The notes: generated from the letters alone by a model not told the origin. Shown: positions 36,290 to 45,244, counted from the stretch's first letter. The stretch is DNA of 46,578 nt from Candidatus Woesearchaeota archaeon (GCA_018646625.1 JABGUJ010000003.1:292509-339086), one strand, 5' to 3'. Program-made: numbers and translations.

Positions 36290-36895
36290 ATGCAACCGTA
36301 CAAGCAATCAACAAAATTCACCTGTTCAATTGCATCATTAATGGCAATTCTCAATCATTACGATAAATCCGTTCAACTAAATCGAGAAACCGAGCTCGAA
36401 TTATGGCAAGAAACGGTTGTTCTACCAACAAGAAGAAGCTCATTATTCGCAATGGCAATGGTTGCCAAAGAATACAATGTAGATTTTAAAGTAATAGTAG
36501 AAGATACCAGCTTTCTATTCCCGGAATATAGATTCAAGAAATACCGAAAATTCGAAGTAGAACTGGCAGAAGATAACGAAAAGAGATTTCTAAGATTAGC
36601 ACAAAAAAAGAACATAAACATAGAAGAAAGAGCGATCTCTTTAGAAGAAATAAAGACCTTAGTACAAGAAGGAAAGAAAGTATTAGTGAGATTAAACATA
36701 GGAGTACTAAGAAACACTAAAGCAAACAGAAGCAAAGCACATTACATTGCAATTGACGATTACTACGACAACATATTTGTTGTAATGGACCCAAGAATTG
36801 GAATAAAAAAGATAAAAGAAAACAAAATGAAAGAAGCATTTGAAACTGTTAAAGACAAATGTAAAAGAGATCACAGAATGATTATCTTTGGTTAA
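36290..36895 (+). CDS. Peptidase C39-like (DUF3335-type) cysteine protease
   Basis: YKQSTKFTC (Q..C), ELELWQE, HY and MDP complete a Cys-His-Asp arrangement. Confidence 0.8.
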   Translation: MQPYKQSTKFTCSIASLMAILNHYDKSVQLNRETELELWQETVVLPTRRSSLFAMAMVAKEYNVDFKVIVEDTSFLFPEYRFKKYRKFEVELAEDNEKRFLRLAQKKNINIEERAISLEEIKTLVQEGKKVLVRLNIGVLRNTKANRSKAHYIAIDDYYDNIFVVMDPRIGIKKIKENKMKEAFETVKDKCKRDHRMIIFG

Positions 36896-37458
36896 AAACC
36901 ACGACGTTTCTTCAAGAATTCTATTAAACCATCAGGCAACACAGGCTTACCATTCTTCAAAACATATCTATAAGGAAAGATCTGACTTTCATTTTTTCCA
37001 GTTTCAATCTCAATTTCATCAATAAACTTAATCTCAGAAAACTTAGCACCATCCGCAATCATCTTAACTACCAAAACGGCAGTATTTGTCGACATTTGCA
37101 CAGGCCCTAAATTACGAACAGAACACTTAATATTATCAGACAGAGCAGTCTTAGTTCTACCATCCATCGGATGATTACCCAACACGCCACCGAAAATCAT
37201 ATAATCAAACTTTTTACAATCAGCAGTCGTTAACACTTTAGACGCCTGAGGATCAAGAACACAAACATTCTTCAGTTTTTGAGTAATTACGCTCTTTATA
37301 CCGACCCTTCCAATAGTTTCCAATTTAGAAGCAGCAACCGTACCTTTAACATTTGTAAAAATGATATTCTTCTTACCAACGGTGTCGGAGGCATGCTTAT
37401 ACTCTAACCAACACCACTTATACAATCTACCATCCAAATGTTCTAATATATATTTCAT
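36892..37458 (-). CDS. Sfm1-like SPOUT methyltransferase
   Basis: YILEHL..W..LEY, VLDP.A..L, FDYMIFGGVLGNHP..GRT, RNLGPVQMSTNTA, FPYRYV. Confidence 0.85.
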   Translation of the reverse strand: MKYILEHLDGRLYKWCWLEYKHASDTVGKKNIIFTNVKGTVAASKLETIGRVGIKSVITQKLKNVCVLDPQASKVLTTADCKKFDYMIFGGVLGNHPMDGRTKTALSDNIKCSVRNLGPVQMSTNTAVLVVKMIADGAKFSEIKFIDEIEIETGKNESQIFPYRYVLKNGKPVLPDGLIEFLKKRRGF

Positions 37459-37497
37459 AAGACAATTAGGAGAATAGAATTATTTAAGTCTTTCCAA

Positions 37498-37806
37498 CTA
37501 TACTGGAACAACCCTAAAACCAACTTTCTCAGGAATTATAACAAGTTCTTTAACCTTATCAAGCTTTTCCTTTTTCACAAGATCCTTAGGAATACGCATA
37601 CCATAACTCTCACCCCATTTAGTGAGCTTAACATTATACTTTCTGAGTTCTCTATACTCTTTGGCTACGCACTCAAGTTGCTTCATAGAAAGAATCTCCT
37701 CCCCACAAGAGTTACAAACAAAATAAGAATATTTAACACCTTCAGGAGTTTTAGAAACTTTCAGAGCCATAGACTTGCTACACACCGGACATGATTTCTT
37801 CTTCAT
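37498..37806 (-). CDS. Zn-ribbon + AbrB/MazE-type antitoxin-like protein
   Basis: CPVC..CNSCGEE followed by KLTKWGESYGMRIPK. Confidence 0.8.
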   Translation of the reverse strand: MKKKSCPVCSKSMALKVSKTPEGVKYSYFVCNSCGEEILSMKQLECVAKEYRELRKYNVKLTKWGESYGMRIPKDLVKKEKLDKVKELVIIPEKVGFRVVPV

Positions 37807-38036
37807 TTTCTTGTTACGGTTATTACCTTAATAGTTAAGCCACAAACTTGGCCAACACATTGTATTGAAAAGTCACCATAAGACCTTACAAACTTGACAT
37901 AGTTCTTTCCTACAACAACTCGCTTCCCAGACTTGATTGTAGCTTCAACCATATCTGGATAAATTCTTCTCTGCAATGCACGCTTAAAAGCGTGATGCGA
38001 GATATCAATTGTGTAGTCTTCAACATCCATCTTCAC
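37803..38036 (-). CDS. DUF4258 / RelE-like toxin candidate
   Basis: ISHHAFKRALQRRI..V...I..G..VITV; ATGA overlap with the antitoxin-like gene. Confidence 0.75.
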   Translation of the reverse strand: MKMDVEDYTIDISHHAFKRALQRRIYPDMVEATIKSGKRVVVGKNYVKFVRSYGDFSIQCVGQVCGLTIKVITVTRK

Positions 38037-38040
38037 AAAA

Positions 38041-38066
38041 GATATCCTAAGATATTAAAGGATATC
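38041..38066. promoter_or_regulatory. Candidate operator of the DUF4258/AbrB pair
   Basis: GATATCCT-N10-AGGATATC between the minus-strand TTTATATA box (38071-38078) and the start codon. Confidence 0.55.
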
Positions 38067-38213
38067 ATAATATATAAATCTTTTCACTTAATCATATAAA
38101 TACTCAAATATCACAATAACCAATACCTGGTCAAGGTCAGCAGTCATGACTGCTACAATGCCAGATTATGCAACTCCGGTTTTCTTTCTTATTACAAAGA
38201 ACCAGTATATAAT

Positions 38214-38244
38214 TCTCACACAGACGACTGTCTAGTGTCCAGTG
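38214..38244. repeat. 31-bp intergenic motif, copy 2
   Basis: TCTCACAC-AGACG-ACTGTC-T-AGTGTCCAGTG matches 24321..24351. Confidence 0.75.
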
Positions 38245-38303
38245 CAACGTCATCATCCCGCAAACAATAAAATTAAAAGAACACAAACCCAATCGAAAAT
38301 CCT

Positions 38304-39896
38304 TCAACTGCGCACTATCAAACTTTCATTCATACACTTAGGTTTCTTCAAACCCATCAATTCCAAAATAGTTGGAGCCACATAAGCAATACTTTTGCCT
38401 TTCTTTAACTTATATTTATTCTCAGAAACAATAATAAACGGAACTTTATTAGTAGTATGAGAAGTTTGATGCAGTCCACTCATTTCTTCAGCATTACCAT
38501 GATCAGCAGTAATAACAACAGAACCGCCTTTCTTCACAAAAGCCTTCACAACCCTACCTAAACATTTATCCACAGTTTCACAAGCAGATACTGCTGGAGA
38601 AATCATACCGGTATGACCCACCATATCGGCATTTGCAAAATTTAAAACAACCAGAGAATAATTACGCGACTTCAATCGTTTCAATAAAGCAGTAGTTAAT
38701 TTATTTGCAGACATTGCAGGAGTTTTATCATAAGTCCCAACTTTAGGAGAATTAACCATAATTCTATCTTCACCAACATGAGGTTTCTCCGTACCGCCAT
38801 TAAAAAAGAACGTAACGTGAGGATATTTCTCAGTTTCTGCCACACGCAACTGCTTCAATCCCTGAGATGCAATCACAGAACCTAAAGTATGTTTAGGAAT
38901 AGAAGGAGGAAACACAACAGGCGCTTTGATCTTCTTATCATACTGTGTTAAACAAGTAAAGTAAAGATTACGCAATTTCTTAGGACGTTTAAACTTGTTA
39001 AACTTACCATCAACAAAGGCACGAGTTATTTCTCTAGCCCGATCTGAACGAAAGTTAAAGAACACAACAGAATCTCCATCCTTTATCGCACCATCTTCTA
39101 TAACGGTTGGAGCAACAAATTCATCAGTTTCACCGCGCGAATAAGCTTCATGTAACGCACTTATAGGATCAGAACTAAAGAAAATAAACTCCCCATCCAG
39201 CTTTCTAACACAATGCTTACCCCTCTCAGACAAGTTACATTTATTCAAATAATCAGAATGATTAGTAACTAAAGATGTATATGCTCTAAACTCTCGAGTC
39301 CAACGATTATCTCGATCCATTCCATAAAATCGACCCATAATCGAAGCAAACTTAGCATCCAACTTTAATTTTTTAATCTCTTTTAGAACACGACGAATAT
39401 ATTTCTCCGCACACTTCGGAGGAACATCTCTCCCGTCGAGTAAAGCATGAATAAACACTCGCTTTACCTTCTTCTGCTTAGCCATCTTAAGTAAAGCTAA
39501 GAGATGGGTACTGTGACTATGCACATTACCATCGCTAAGCAATCCCAAAAAATGCATATCGCCTTTAGTCTTCTTACTATGACTAAAAGCTTTGTTTAAA
39601 ACAGAATTTCTAAAAAATGCTCCACTTTTGATTGAATCATTAATTCTAATCAAATCTTGTTCTATCAATCGCCCAGCACCTAAATGCATATGTCCAACTT
39701 CAGAATTCCCAATAACTGGACCTTTCGGCAAACCTACAAACCCATCATGAGCATACAACACCGTATTAGAGTTTTGTTTCCTTAAAGAATCTAAGACAGG
39801 TGTCTTTGCACGAGATATAGCATTATACTTTCCCGATCTCTTAAGACCCCATCCATCCAGCACAACTAATATGACCGGATTTACATCCTTACTCAT
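38304..39896 (-). CDS. gpmI: 2,3-bisphosphoglycerate-independent phosphoglycerate mutase (bacterial type)
   Basis: LDGWG, GNSEVGH, SDGNVHSH, DGRD, MDRDNRW, NFRSDRARE, ETEKYPHVTFF, NADMVGH, TADHGN. Confidence 0.97.
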   Translation of the reverse strand: MSKDVNPVILVVLDGWGLKRSGKYNAISRAKTPVLDSLRKQNSNTVLYAHDGFVGLPKGPVIGNSEVGHMHLGAGRLIEQDLIRINDSIKSGAFFRNSVLNKAFSHSKKTKGDMHFLGLLSDGNVHSHSTHLLALLKMAKQKKVKRVFIHALLDGRDVPPKCAEKYIRRVLKEIKKLKLDAKFASIMGRFYGMDRDNRWTREFRAYTSLVTNHSDYLNKCNLSERGKHCVRKLDGEFIFFSSDPISALHEAYSRGETDEFVAPTVIEDGAIKDGDSVVFFNFRSDRAREITRAFVDGKFNKFKRPKKLRNLYFTCLTQYDKKIKAPVVFPPSIPKHTLGSVIASQGLKQLRVAETEKYPHVTFFFNGGTEKPHVGEDRIMVNSPKVGTYDKTPAMSANKLTTALLKRLKSRNYSLVVLNFANADMVGHTGMISPAVSACETVDKCLGRVVKAFVKKGGSVVITADHGNAEEMSGLHQTSHTTNKVPFIIVSENKYKLKKGKSIAYVAPTILELMGLKKPKCMNESLIVRS

Positions 39897-40576
39897 TTTT
39901 TAGCAGTAGTTTTTGCAGCAGGTTTAGCGGCAGGCTTTGTAGCAGACTTAGTAGCCGGCTTCGAAGCAGATTTAGCGACAGGCTTAGCAGGTTTTGCAGT
40001 AGTTTTTGCAGTCGCAGTAGATTTCTCAGTAGTAGAAGTAGTTCCACTAGGACGAGGAGTTGATCTATGTCCACTAATCAAGAATTGTCTAGGAGAAACA
40101 TCAACATCCAAAAACTCATCACAAGTTTCCTTAAGACGAGATGATGCAGCCCGACCAAATGCCAAAACTTCAGCTTTACAACCTAATGCTTTAACGTGCT
40201 CTAACAAATCTTGAAAATCTCCATCTCCAGAAACTAAAACAACAACATCAAGCTTTGAAGCCATTCTCATAATATCCATAGCTATACCAACATCCCAATC
40301 TCCTTTCTTAGCTCCACCATAAAATATCTGTAAATCTTTACTTCTAATTTCAAAACCAATATTCTCTAAAGCTTCATGAAAACCTTTTTCCAATCCTTCT
40401 TCTGTTGTAATAACATAACAAATCGCTCTAACTAGTTTACGACCAGCCACGGCCTCTTTCAAAATCGCTTTATAATTAACTTTAGCACCATACAAATGCT
40501 TTGCAGAATAAAATACATTCTGAACATCTATAAAAACTCCAACTCTCTGATCTTTATGTACCACCATGTCGTTCAC
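39893..40576 (-). CDS. NYN domain (LabA/DUF88) protein with Lys/Ala/Pro/Thr-rich tail
   Basis: FIDVQN, KGDWDVGIAMD, SGDGDF; C-terminal KPAK/KPAT repeats. Confidence 0.92.
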   Translation of the reverse strand: MNDMVVHKDQRVGVFIDVQNVFYSAKHLYGAKVNYKAILKEAVAGRKLVRAICYVITTEEGLEKGFHEALENIGFEIRSKDLQIFYGGAKKGDWDVGIAMDIMRMASKLDVVVLVSGDGDFQDLLEHVKALGCKAEVLAFGRAASSRLKETCDEFLDVDVSPRQFLISGHRSTPRPSGTTSTTEKSTATAKTTAKPAKPVAKSASKPATKSATKPAAKPAAKTTAKK

Positions 40577-41847
40577 CTAAAATCTATTCCTCCATATTTA
40601 ACAGATCGACCTAATTCTTCTTCAATCCGTAATAGTTGATTATACTTAGCAACCCTGTCACTTCGACAAGGCGCACCTAATTTTATCTGTCCAGTTCCTA
40701 AACCAACAGCCAAATCCGCAATGTAAGGATCCTCAGTTTCGCCACTTCTGTGACTCACCATAACCTTCCATCCACGATTCATTGATAATGTGGCAGCATC
40801 GATTGCCTCAGTTACAGATCCAATCTGATTAACCTTTAACAAAAGCGCATTACACAAACCAACTTTCATAGCCATTCGAACACGGTTAGGGTTAGTAACC
40901 AACAAATCATCCCCAACCAACTGAACTTTATCGCCTAACTCTTTAAACATTAAAGACCAATTATGAAAATCGTCTTCAGCAAAACCATCTTCGATAGAAA
41001 TCAAAGGAAAATGTTTTACTAAATCTTTATACAAATCCATCAAGTCCATACCGTCAATCTCTCTACCTTCAATAGTATACATACCAGATTTAGCATCATA
41101 AAACTCAGAAGCAGCAGCATCCATTGCAACTTTAATCTTCTTACCATAACCTGACTGAGATATTGCTTCCTCTATCAACTCTAAAGCCACACCAACATTA
41201 CTAACATCAGGAGCAAATCCTCCCTCGTCACCAACATTGGTAGCATTTTGACCATACTTTTTCTTAATAATATCTTTAAGCAAATGATAAGTTTCAGAAG
41301 CCATCTTTGTAGCTTCAGAAAAAGACTTAGCACCAACCGGCGCAATCATAAATTCTTGAAAGTCAAGAGCATTACCTGCATGCACGCCACCATTAATAAT
41401 ATTACAAAACGGCACAGGCATTATCATTCTAGAAGAATTTGAAATCTTATGCACATATTCATACAAACTAACATTCATAGACTTTGCAAAAGCCCTAGAT
41501 GAAGCCATAGACACACCGAGTATTGCATTAGCACCTAATCTTTTTTTATTAGGCGTGCCATCAAAACCAATCATAAACTTATCAAGCTCAACTTGACTAA
41601 CCATAGTTTTGCCTTTAAGAGCCTTGAAAATCTTATCAACATTTTTAACAGCTTTAGAAACACCTTTACCCAAATATTCTTTTTTCTTATCTCTCAACTC
41701 TAAAGCTTCATGCTCACCAGTAGAGGCACCAGAAGGAACAGCGGCACGCGCAGAAACATCTCCAAACTTAACATCAACTTCAACAGTGGGATTACCCCTA
41801 GAATCAAGAATTTGACGGGCTTTAATATCATTAACCAAATACTTCAC
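40573..41847 (-). CDS. eno: Enolase
   Basis: DSRGNPTVE, PSGASTG, QEFMI, GDEGGFAP, LLKVNQIG, SHRSGETED, KYNQLLRIEE. Confidence 0.98.
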   Translation of the reverse strand: MKYLVNDIKARQILDSRGNPTVEVDVKFGDVSARAAVPSGASTGEHEALELRDKKKEYLGKGVSKAVKNVDKIFKALKGKTMVSQVELDKFMIGFDGTPNKKRLGANAILGVSMASSRAFAKSMNVSLYEYVHKISNSSRMIMPVPFCNIINGGVHAGNALDFQEFMIAPVGAKSFSEATKMASETYHLLKDIIKKKYGQNATNVGDEGGFAPDVSNVGVALELIEEAISQSGYGKKIKVAMDAAASEFYDAKSGMYTIEGREIDGMDLMDLYKDLVKHFPLISIEDGFAEDDFHNWSLMFKELGDKVQLVGDDLLVTNPNRVRMAMKVGLCNALLLKVNQIGSVTEAIDAATLSMNRGWKVMVSHRSGETEDPYIADLAVGLGTGQIKLGAPCRSDRVAKYNQLLRIEEELGRSVKYGGIDFR

Positions 41848-41915
41848 TCAATCACCTCTACAGTACAAAAACACAACTTCTCATTATATAGTTTTCTATC
41901 AACAAAAGAATAAGA

Positions 41916-42704
41916 CTACCCAATATAACCCATATCGCCACCTTGAACCTTTTTCAAAGCAGTCTGTTTAGACACATCTTCCAACTCTTTAGTCTTCTTT
42001 AACATCTCTGATTCCAACTCTGTTATCTCTTTTTCCAACTTTTTAACATCAACTTTAATCCCTAACTTTTTACTTAGAACTTTAATAATTTCACGAGCAC
42101 CAGCCATTCCCAGATACATAGGGTGCGCAAATGTTTCAGCCAATAATGAAATTGCAGGAATCTTTCTACGACCTGCCAAACCCATCAACAAACCAGACAC
42201 ACCAACTATCGGCCCAACCACTCCATATAATTTATCATTTAACTTTGTGCCTTTTTTGTATTTCTCAACAACTGATTTAGTATTACCAGTACAATAAACC
42301 TTAGGTGTTTTAGATACTGCAGGCAAACCAATGCCGCCCAAAGTAATTACTTCAGAACCACCATACTCTTCAAGAACATCTAGCATAGCATCACAAAATT
42401 CATAAGAAGAAATCTCATCTTGAGGTTGAACATCACCAGTTAGAAATATCAAATCTGCACCTTTATCCCGTTTAAGGTAATACATCTCAATAGATGGTAA
42501 CTCAACTAAGTTTTTCTCATTAACAAAAACAGAATGAGGAAACGTATAAGAGAATACATCATACATTTTCTTTAATTTTAATTCATCAATTATAAAATCA
42601 ACAACAACCTTGCCAACATTACCTATGCCTGGCAAACCTTCTACAAGAATTGGTTTATTTAACTCAGGAGTTTTCTTAAAACATTTATCAAATTGCCAAG
42701 TCAT
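41916..42704 (-). CDS. PAC2 family proteasome assembly chaperone
   Basis: EGLPGIGNVGK, GDVQP, ITLGG, GPIVGVSGLL; conserved position after nop10. Confidence 0.92.
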   Translation of the reverse strand: MTWQFDKCFKKTPELNKPILVEGLPGIGNVGKVVVDFIIDELKLKKMYDVFSYTFPHSVFVNEKNLVELPSIEMYYLKRDKGADLIFLTGDVQPQDEISSYEFCDAMLDVLEEYGGSEVITLGGIGLPAVSKTPKVYCTGNTKSVVEKYKKGTKLNDKLYGVVGPIVGVSGLLMGLAGRRKIPAISLLAETFAHPMYLGMAGAREIIKVLSKKLGIKVDVKKLEKEITELESEMLKKTKELEDVSKQTALKKVQGGDMGYIG

Positions 42705-42877
42705 AACAAACCCTCTTTAACTAGTTGTTCGCGTTTAGCTTCACGCCGATACTTACCAACTTTATCTTCAATTGAAAATTTAGGAGGCTTAGGATTTACT
42801 GCGTCGCCACCACAAGAAGGACAAGTCTCAGCCATAGTAAACTTGCCGCACCCTTTGCACTTTAGAATATGTCTCAT
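42701..42877 (-). CDS. nop10: H/ACA RNP protein Nop10
   Basis: CKGCGKFTM..CPSCGG..PPKFSIEDKVGKYRR. Confidence 0.95.
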   Translation of the reverse strand: MRHILKCKGCGKFTMAETCPSCGGDAVNPKPPKFSIEDKVGKYRREAKREQLVKEGLL

Positions 42878-42889
42878 AGTATAAAACAC

Positions 42890-43672
42890 TTAGTTTTCTT
42901 TTCGATCAAACTCAACAGAAGCATCGAATTTCTTAACTGCTTTTTCAACAGCACTAATCACATTAGTAATCTTACCCTCTGCAATCTTATAATCAGTATC
43001 CTTAACCATCACATGATACTTACCAGCACCATGATAACGGATCTCACAAGTTTCATCAGCAGCCTCACCAGCAACCAATGCCTTCTTGATCTTATCAACG
43101 CCATCAGCATCATAACAAACCACTTTCAAATAACCTTCAACAACAATCTCAGGAGGCTTAATTCTCTCTTTAATCAAAGTAGTTAACTTGTCACAAACAA
43201 CTTTATCAATTCCAAAAGATGAAAGATTAGCACTATCAACAGAAACTTCTTCAAAACATTCGTAAACATATTCATATTCTTGAAGAATCTTTGGAGTAAT
43301 CTGAGCATAAAGTTTCTCAAGAGTATTCTTCATCTCTTTAGCAACAGATTCAATAATTTTCTCAGCTTTCTGCTCTAATTTCAAAGCATTAACTTTGTTT
43401 CTCCTCTGACTATCACTTACTCTACGCAAAGAAAGGTCAATATGTCCTCTTTGATTATCAATCTTAAGAATTTTACAAACAATAACTTTACCTTCTTTAA
43501 CATAGTCACGTATATTTCTGATACGTCCAGGAGAAACTTCCGAAATGTGAATCATTCCAGACTTATGATCGTATTCATCTAATTTAGCAAAAACGCAAGG
43601 ACCCTGAATACTTGTTACCGTACATAATGCTATGTCAGATTCTTCAGGCATCCCGTGCTTCTTGTAAATCAT
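42890..43672 (-). CDS. eif2a: Translation initiation factor 2 alpha subunit
   Basis: S1 domain LDEY..GMIHISEV..IRNIRD..GHIDLSLRRV; conserved gene order. Confidence 0.96.
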   Translation of the reverse strand: MIYKKHGMPEESDIALCTVTSIQGPCVFAKLDEYDHKSGMIHISEVSPGRIRNIRDYVKEGKVIVCKILKIDNQRGHIDLSLRRVSDSQRRNKVNALKLEQKAEKIIESVAKEMKNTLEKLYAQITPKILQEYEYVYECFEEVSVDSANLSSFGIDKVVCDKLTTLIKERIKPPEIVVEGYLKVVCYDADGVDKIKKALVAGEAADETCEIRYHGAGKYHVMVKDTDYKIAEGKITNVISAVEKAVKKFDASVEFDRKEN

Positions 43673-43858
43673 TTATTCTAAAACCTCTAAGATTCTTGCC
43701 TTGATTTTAGCCTTTCCACCAGTTGGATCTGAAAGAACTTTGTCACAAACAAGACATGGAACTTTTGTAGAAGCTTTACCAAAGATAATTTGCTCATTTT
43801 TACATTTAGGGCATCTTACTTTGATGAACTTACTTGTTGACTCTTTAATTGGCCTCAT
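43673..43858 (-). CDS. rps27e: 30S ribosomal protein S27e
   Basis: SKFIKVRCPKCKNEQIIF..CLVC..PTGGKA. Confidence 0.97.
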   Translation of the reverse strand: MRPIKESTSKFIKVRCPKCKNEQIIFGKASTKVPCLVCDKVLSDPTGGKAKIKARILEVLE

Positions 43859-44006
43859 ATTTCCATCCTCCTTCCCGTGATATGAGATTAATCACATAGT
43901 GATTTTTTTCAGACTAACTAGAGCTTACACCCTAACTATCAGTAAAATTGAAAAATAGATGATATATAAATCTTTAGATAAATAAACAAAAAGAAAAAAG
44001 CCTGAT

Positions 44007-44327
44007 TTATACTAATTCGACCTTCTTAGCCCGGAAACCAGACTTGGGACCTGTAGTTTTCTTACAAACTTTACATTCATATCTTAAGTCTACTTTCTTA
44101 CTCTGCTTCTTACCAGCCATCTTTCTCCTTGCAATAGGTGGACGATTTGACTTACCGTAGTTACCAACTCCTCTACGTTCGCCTCTTTTCACCATCCTAA
44201 CTTTAGAGCCTTTAGACTGAGTGTGTACAGAACTAAGACCTTTTCTCTTAGCTTCAGTAACCTTTACTTCAACATGCTTTTTACAGAAGGGACAAAGCCT
44301 TCTCATCAATTTTGGAATTTTTACCAT
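44007..44327 (-). CDS. rpl44e: 50S ribosomal protein L44e
   Basis: KIPK..CPFCKKH..KKVDLRYECKVCKK..GFRAKK; ATG 44327 after AGGTG. Confidence 0.93.
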   Translation of the reverse strand: MVKIPKLMRRLCPFCKKHVEVKVTEAKRKGLSSVHTQSKGSKVRMVKRGERRGVGNYGKSNRPPIARRKMAGKKQSKKVDLRYECKVCKKTTGPKSGFRAKKVELV

Positions 44328-44372
44328 ATCTAACACCTAAATAAGCGTGAAACGCTTCTAAAACGCCTAAAC

Positions 44373-45155
44373 TCAGCTTTCTGCAGCTTCTACAGATCTT
44401 GCATGACCCTTTTTCATAAGGACATCCGCTATCGCCTTTGGTAGGCTCACAACATCTTCCTCGGTAAAAGGACCATAAACCTCAAGATCCAAACCCGCAA
44501 ATTTGGGAACTGAGTGTATGAACTTAACAGTCACACTAACGCTATCGTTTTTAGTGTCTGTTTTTAACTTTTTCGGTTCTGGAGCCTCTTCAGCCACATC
44601 TTGCGGCTCTTCTGAAGGCAATTCATCAGCTTCAGGCTCTTCAACTACAGTATTCTCACTCTCAGGCACAGGAGCAGGAACTGAATCATTAGAAGCAATA
44701 ACCTTACCAGAAGCCAATTCGCCACTAATTAATTTACTTAGCAAATTACCTCTGAAATGCATCAAAGTACCCACTAAACTACTAAATAGCTCACTTTCTT
44801 GATTCAACATACCTGAAGTATCAATTAAATCAGAACCAGTTCGAGCCTTATTAACCGCAATAGAAATTATCTTCTTTTCACGACGATCATACAACTCTTT
44901 CAAAATTCTTCGAATATTTAGAAGTTGTTTCTCGGTTGCAGATCTCTCTTCATCCGCAAACAAACCAGAATCGCTAGAAGACGTTGCCAAGATATCTAAC
45001 TTACTTTTAACGTAGGAACTAACATCAGACAAGAACTCAGGACTAAGCTTTTGAACCTCAGCTCTATTCTTTTCCTGCCTAAGCATCTCGAAAAGAGTCT
45101 CATAAGTAATGTTAACCGTAGACTCAGTACTAGAATCTTCTTGATCGTCCCCCAT
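44373..45155 (-). CDS. GINS complex subunit (Gins51/Gins15 type)
   Basis: LYDRREKKII, ML..E..LF, acidic linker, C-terminal VPKFAGLDLEVYGPF..DVVSLP..A.VL..KG; upstream of rpl44e. Confidence 0.85.
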   Translation of the reverse strand: MGDDQEDSSTESTVNITYETLFEMLRQEKNRAEVQKLSPEFLSDVSSYVKSKLDILATSSSDSGLFADEERSATEKQLLNIRRILKELYDRREKKIISIAVNKARTGSDLIDTSGMLNQESELFSSLVGTLMHFRGNLLSKLISGELASGKVIASNDSVPAPVPESENTVVEEPEADELPSEEPQDVAEEAPEPKKLKTDTKNDSVSVTVKFIHSVPKFAGLDLEVYGPFTEEDVVSLPKAIADVLMKKGHARSVEAAES

Positions 45156-45244
45156 ACCAACAACGAAACTCGCGTTCTATTTAAAGATTACTGTATCCTC
45201 AGGCGTTACAAACATATAAAAACTAAACAAAGAAACCACAAACT

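Noticed and set aside
38120..38190. Degenerate or split tRNA (CCTGGTCAAGG resembles a D-loop)
   Set aside because: No acceptor stem, no TTCRA T-loop and no 7-nt anticodon loop; kept only as a generic structured element.
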